Positions 22,793-25,481 of a DNA stretch of 25,481 bases are shown here, one piece after another (positions within the stretch are counted from its first letter, which is position 1; each line of letters starts with the position of its first letter). A program made the translations under genes and the position numbers. The DNA comes from a virus (Duplodnaviria; Caudoviricetes). The stretch is from positions 1-25,481 of IMG/VR virus record IMGVR_UViG_3300038595_000030; one strand, 5' to 3'. The notes beneath the pieces were generated by a model. The model did no database searches, had not been told where the DNA came from, and saw nothing but the letters and a program-made list of their open reading frames with translations.

Positions 22793-24339
22793 CACAAAAA
22801 TCGCATTCCTCTATCCTCATAAGCGCTCGACTTACTCACATCAGAATTCTCCACAGTCATCTTTTCACCCAATGCCATAATCATAGCGACCACACCATCA
22901 ATCTTATCCCCTGCTTTAGCCTTGCTGAATTTTACGTTCTCCGCATCATCCTTCTTCACCACCACATTACCGACCATCCAGCGGAGCATACTATTACCAC
23001 CGTGATGCAGTTTGCGCTGCTTAACCAAGACCTCAGCGTTTTTAATAGGGCCACTCATAGACACAAAGCCCTGTCCGAATGGGTCCATATCAATACCCTC
23101 ATCAACAAGCTGCTGGACCAAGCTATTGGAATTCCAGCGGTCAAAAGCAATGCTCTGGATATCGAACACATCAGCGGCCTCCACAATCTTATTCTTTATA
23201 ACCCCATAATCCGTAGAGTTGCCATCGGTAACGATGAGCTCACCCTTAGCGACAAAGGAATCATAGGAGCCACCTGTCTGCACCCTACGGCGCTCAACAG
23301 CGGCCTCAGAGACAAAGAGGTAAGGCAGAACCTTGATGCTACCATCATCCCACGGGAATATCAACACAAAGGCCGTAACATCCTCCACAGCAGCAAGGTC
23401 AAGGCCACCGTAACACTTGCGCCCTCTAAGCTCCTCCAGGCGCACCTCACCAGCGCTCTGCATCCACTCATCATCAGCAATCCACGAAGCCAATGAGTTG
23501 ACCCATTGATTAAGGTGAAGCTGTCGGAAGGCTATCTCTGCACTTGGTAGGGTCTTAGCCTCATTGCTCATCTTCTTAAAATACTCGGGCTTGATGCTCA
23601 CCGCATAGTTAGGGTTCGCCTTGCGCCACGTCTCCTCACTATAGATATCATCATTAGCATCGGCCTCATAGATAAGGGGGAGGAAGGTGTTATCCTCAAT
23701 GATGCCGTCCCTTACCTTCTTACCATAATCATAGAGCTCATAGCATACGCTGTTGGGATCAAAGAGCCCCGCAGTAGAGATGCCGAACATCAAAGGTTGG
23801 GAACGTGCCCCCATAGAGGTGGCCATAACATCCCAGAGCTCCCTGTTTTTAGCGCTGTGCACCTCATCATACAATACCGCTGAGGCATTAGCACCGTGCA
23901 ATACTCCCGCATCGGCCGCTACCGCTTTGAGGAAGGAGTTGGTACCCTTTAGCACAATAGAGTTTCGGTACACTTGGCACCCACGCTCAAGGACGGGCTG
24001 GTTCCTTACCATCTGCTTACACACATCGAAGATGGCATTCGCTTGGTCCCGAGAGGAGGCACACACATAAATCTCCGCGCCAGGCTCCTTATCAATGAAT
24101 AGGAGTGCCAAACCAATGGCGGCGAGGAGGTTACTCTTTCCGTTCTTACGAGGGATGAACACGAAGGAGGTGCGGTACTGACGGGTGCCGTCATCATTCA
24201 CCGTACCAAAGAGCTCACGGATATAATCAATCTGCCACTCCTCCAGTTTAAAAGGCTTACCTGCCAGCTCACCCTTGACGTGAGTAGTTACACGCTCAAT
24301 AAATTTAATGATGCGGTCTGCTTTGCTTTCGTCGTACAT
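22792..24339 (-). CDS. terL: terminase large subunit
   Basis: Walker A PRKNGKS, Walker B VLYDE, nuclease GGLDL and KIDGVVA. Confidence 0.96.
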   Translation of the reverse strand: MYDESKADRIIKFIERVTTHVKGELAGKPFKLEEWQIDYIRELFGTVNDDGTRQYRTSFVFIPRKNGKSNLLAAIGLALLFIDKEPGAEIYVCASSRDQANAIFDVCKQMVRNQPVLERGCQVYRNSIVLKGTNSFLKAVAADAGVLHGANASAVLYDEVHSAKNRELWDVMATSMGARSQPLMFGISTAGLFDPNSVCYELYDYGKKVRDGIIEDNTFLPLIYEADANDDIYSEETWRKANPNYAVSIKPEYFKKMSNEAKTLPSAEIAFRQLHLNQWVNSLASWIADDEWMQSAGEVRLEELRGRKCYGGLDLAAVEDVTAFVLIFPWDDGSIKVLPYLFVSEAAVERRRVQTGGSYDSFVAKGELIVTDGNSTDYGVIKNKIVEAADVFDIQSIAFDRWNSNSLVQQLVDEGIDMDPFGQGFVSMSGPIKNAEVLVKQRKLHHGGNSMLRWMVGNVVVKKDDAENVKFSKAKAGDKIDGVVAMIMALGEKMTVENSDVSKSSAYEDRGMRFL

Positions 24340-24794
24340 TATTCTCCTCCTAATAAATCTTCTAAACTATCCAAACGCTCGGGGGCACTGAGCTTGGCTC
24401 TTGCCGCTGCGGTGAGTCCAAACTCGGGCAGCATTTTCTTGATGCGGTCCCAAGCACCATTCATCATCGCCAGCTCTGGGCGGGGGCGGTGCATCTCATC
24501 ACCTTGTGCGGTGGTGGTGCTGTATGTTGGTCCGAGCTTCTTAATCACTGCACGGGCAGCCACATAATCCTCCCACGCATCAGAGAGCATCTGCAAGGCC
24601 ATAGCATCCACCTCAGCGACTACGCCGAGATCATCGAGATGCTTAACCAACCATTGGAATGTTTCCTCAGCGCTTTGGTATGCTGGTAACTCTGGCCTTC
24701 CCTGTACCTCCAAGCGGTCTCCGTGTTTCCCTGGCTCATAGCTTCCATTAGCTTTAAGCATCTTAGTTGGTAATGGTGGTCTTCCTTTTCCCAT
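24339..24794 (-). CDS. terS: terminase small subunit, P27 family
   Basis: GRPP.PT..L...G, P.L, EFGLTAAAR; directly upstream of terL. Confidence 0.9.
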   Translation of the reverse strand: MGKGRPPLPTKMLKANGSYEPGKHGDRLEVQGRPELPAYQSAEETFQWLVKHLDDLGVVAEVDAMALQMLSDAWEDYVAARAVIKKLGPTYSTTTAQGDEMHRPRPELAMMNGAWDRIKKMLPEFGLTAAARAKLSAPERLDSLEDLLGGE

Positions 24795-25480
24795 TAGTAT
24801 TTATAATTTGTTGAGATGATTTTTAAATCACTTCTTTTTAATATTGCGTTAATTATGTTAGGGTAAGGATTCAAAGAAGTTACCCTCATCAATTCATCAG
24901 CTTTAACAATATGATGCCTCTTTCTTATATTCTCATCATAAGCTAACCATTGAAAATTGCTATAATGAGATAAGGCAATAACCTCTTTCTCTGATTGAGC
25001 CAATGATATTGGTATTATATGATCCATATGACACTTTTCAATATCAGGATTTGTATAAGACACTTTTTTAAGATAATCCCAAAAGCTATCAGCATCCATA
25101 CCTATAATCTTATAGGTGCGTGAACTCTTCTTGCTACCAGCATACCTAAATGCCGATAGCACTGCTCTTCTTGAGTTTCTTTTCAGTCTTTCAATAGGAT
25201 TTTTTTTAATTCTTGCATCCTTAGCTTTTGCAGTAGCTTTGTTCTTTTTTATCCTTATACACTCTCTGCAAGTTCTTTGAAAACCATCTTTAAAACTATT
25301 GCTAAAATCAAAAGCTGATGAATCAAGATACTGGTTGCAATTATTGCATTCCTTACCATTTTGTAAAACTTGATTCCGTAATTTTTCCTGCTTTTCTTTA
25401 CGAGATTGTTTTTCTTTCTCAAGTTTATTTGTGTACGATAACCTTGATTTTTGGCAATTTCTACAGGTACCACTTATACC
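24794..25480 (-). CDS. HNH endonuclease with N-terminal CxxC zinc fingers; 5' end outside the window
   Basis: HMDHIIPIS...HYSNFQ.L...EN..K; frame stays open upstream of the ORF-track start to the window edge, with CRNC, CNNC and CREC. Confidence 0.8.
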   Translation of the reverse strand, partial: GISGTCRNCQKSRLSYTNKLEKEKQSRKEKQEKLRNQVLQNGKECNNCNQYLDSSAFDFSNSFKDGFQRTCRECIRIKKNKATAKAKDARIKKNPIERLKRNSRRAVLSAFRYAGSKKSSRTYKIIGMDADSFWDYLKKVSYTNPDIEKCHMDHIIPISLAQSEKEVIALSHYSNFQWLAYDENIRKRHHIVKADELMRVTSLNPYPNIINAILKRSDLKIISTNYKY

Positions 25481-25481
25481 G

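Noticed and set aside
5-24689. Plus-strand ORFs and nested minus-strand ORFs in the ORF track
   Set aside because: They are shadows of well-supported minus-strand phage genes and have no recognisable motifs.
25255-25473. 72-aa minus ORF
   Set aside because: Overlaps the extended HNH frame, which contains clear CxxC motifs.
1-25481. tRNA/rRNA genes, integrase, reverse transcriptase/DGR, stop-codon reassignment
   Set aside because: None recognised by eye; core genes are full length in the standard code.

Overview
A 25.5 kb piece of a tailed-phage (siphovirus, HK97-type head) genome. Essentially all genes are on the minus strand. The host is probably Bacteroidota, given TAnnTTTG promoters and A/C-rich leaders mostly lacking Shine-Dalgarno sites. 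Reading right to left: Zn-finger HNH, terS, terL, a small independently terminated insert, portal, multi-domain prohead protease, major capsid, head-tail joining genes, tail tube, frameshifting tail chaperones, short tape measure, large tail protein, fibre module with a free-standing GIY-YIG endonuclease, and a lysis cassette (M15 endolysin, two holin-like ORFs, u-spanin). A structured intergenic region follows, then an early/replication module (gp2.5-like SSB, DnaA-domain-IV-like protein, YqaJ exonuclease, VRR-NUC, PD-(D/E)XK nuclease). The most unusual feature is an AT-rich array at about 1600-3460. Tiny genes there are joined by nine copies (plus one degenerate copy) of a 24-nt repeat, ACCTTTAACACCAAAGAGAGATGA, which supplies the next start codon and usually the previous stop, so it looks like a modular gene-cassette array. 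Other notable items: a ~140-bp multi-hairpin element present twice (5852-5999, 22493-22643); a stand-alone 39-aa peptide resembling the ribonucleotide-reductase C-terminal redox tail; an H-type pseudoknot in front of the SSB gene; and 3' UTRs antisense to 5' leaders. All calls come from reading the sequence by eye; no database searches were run.
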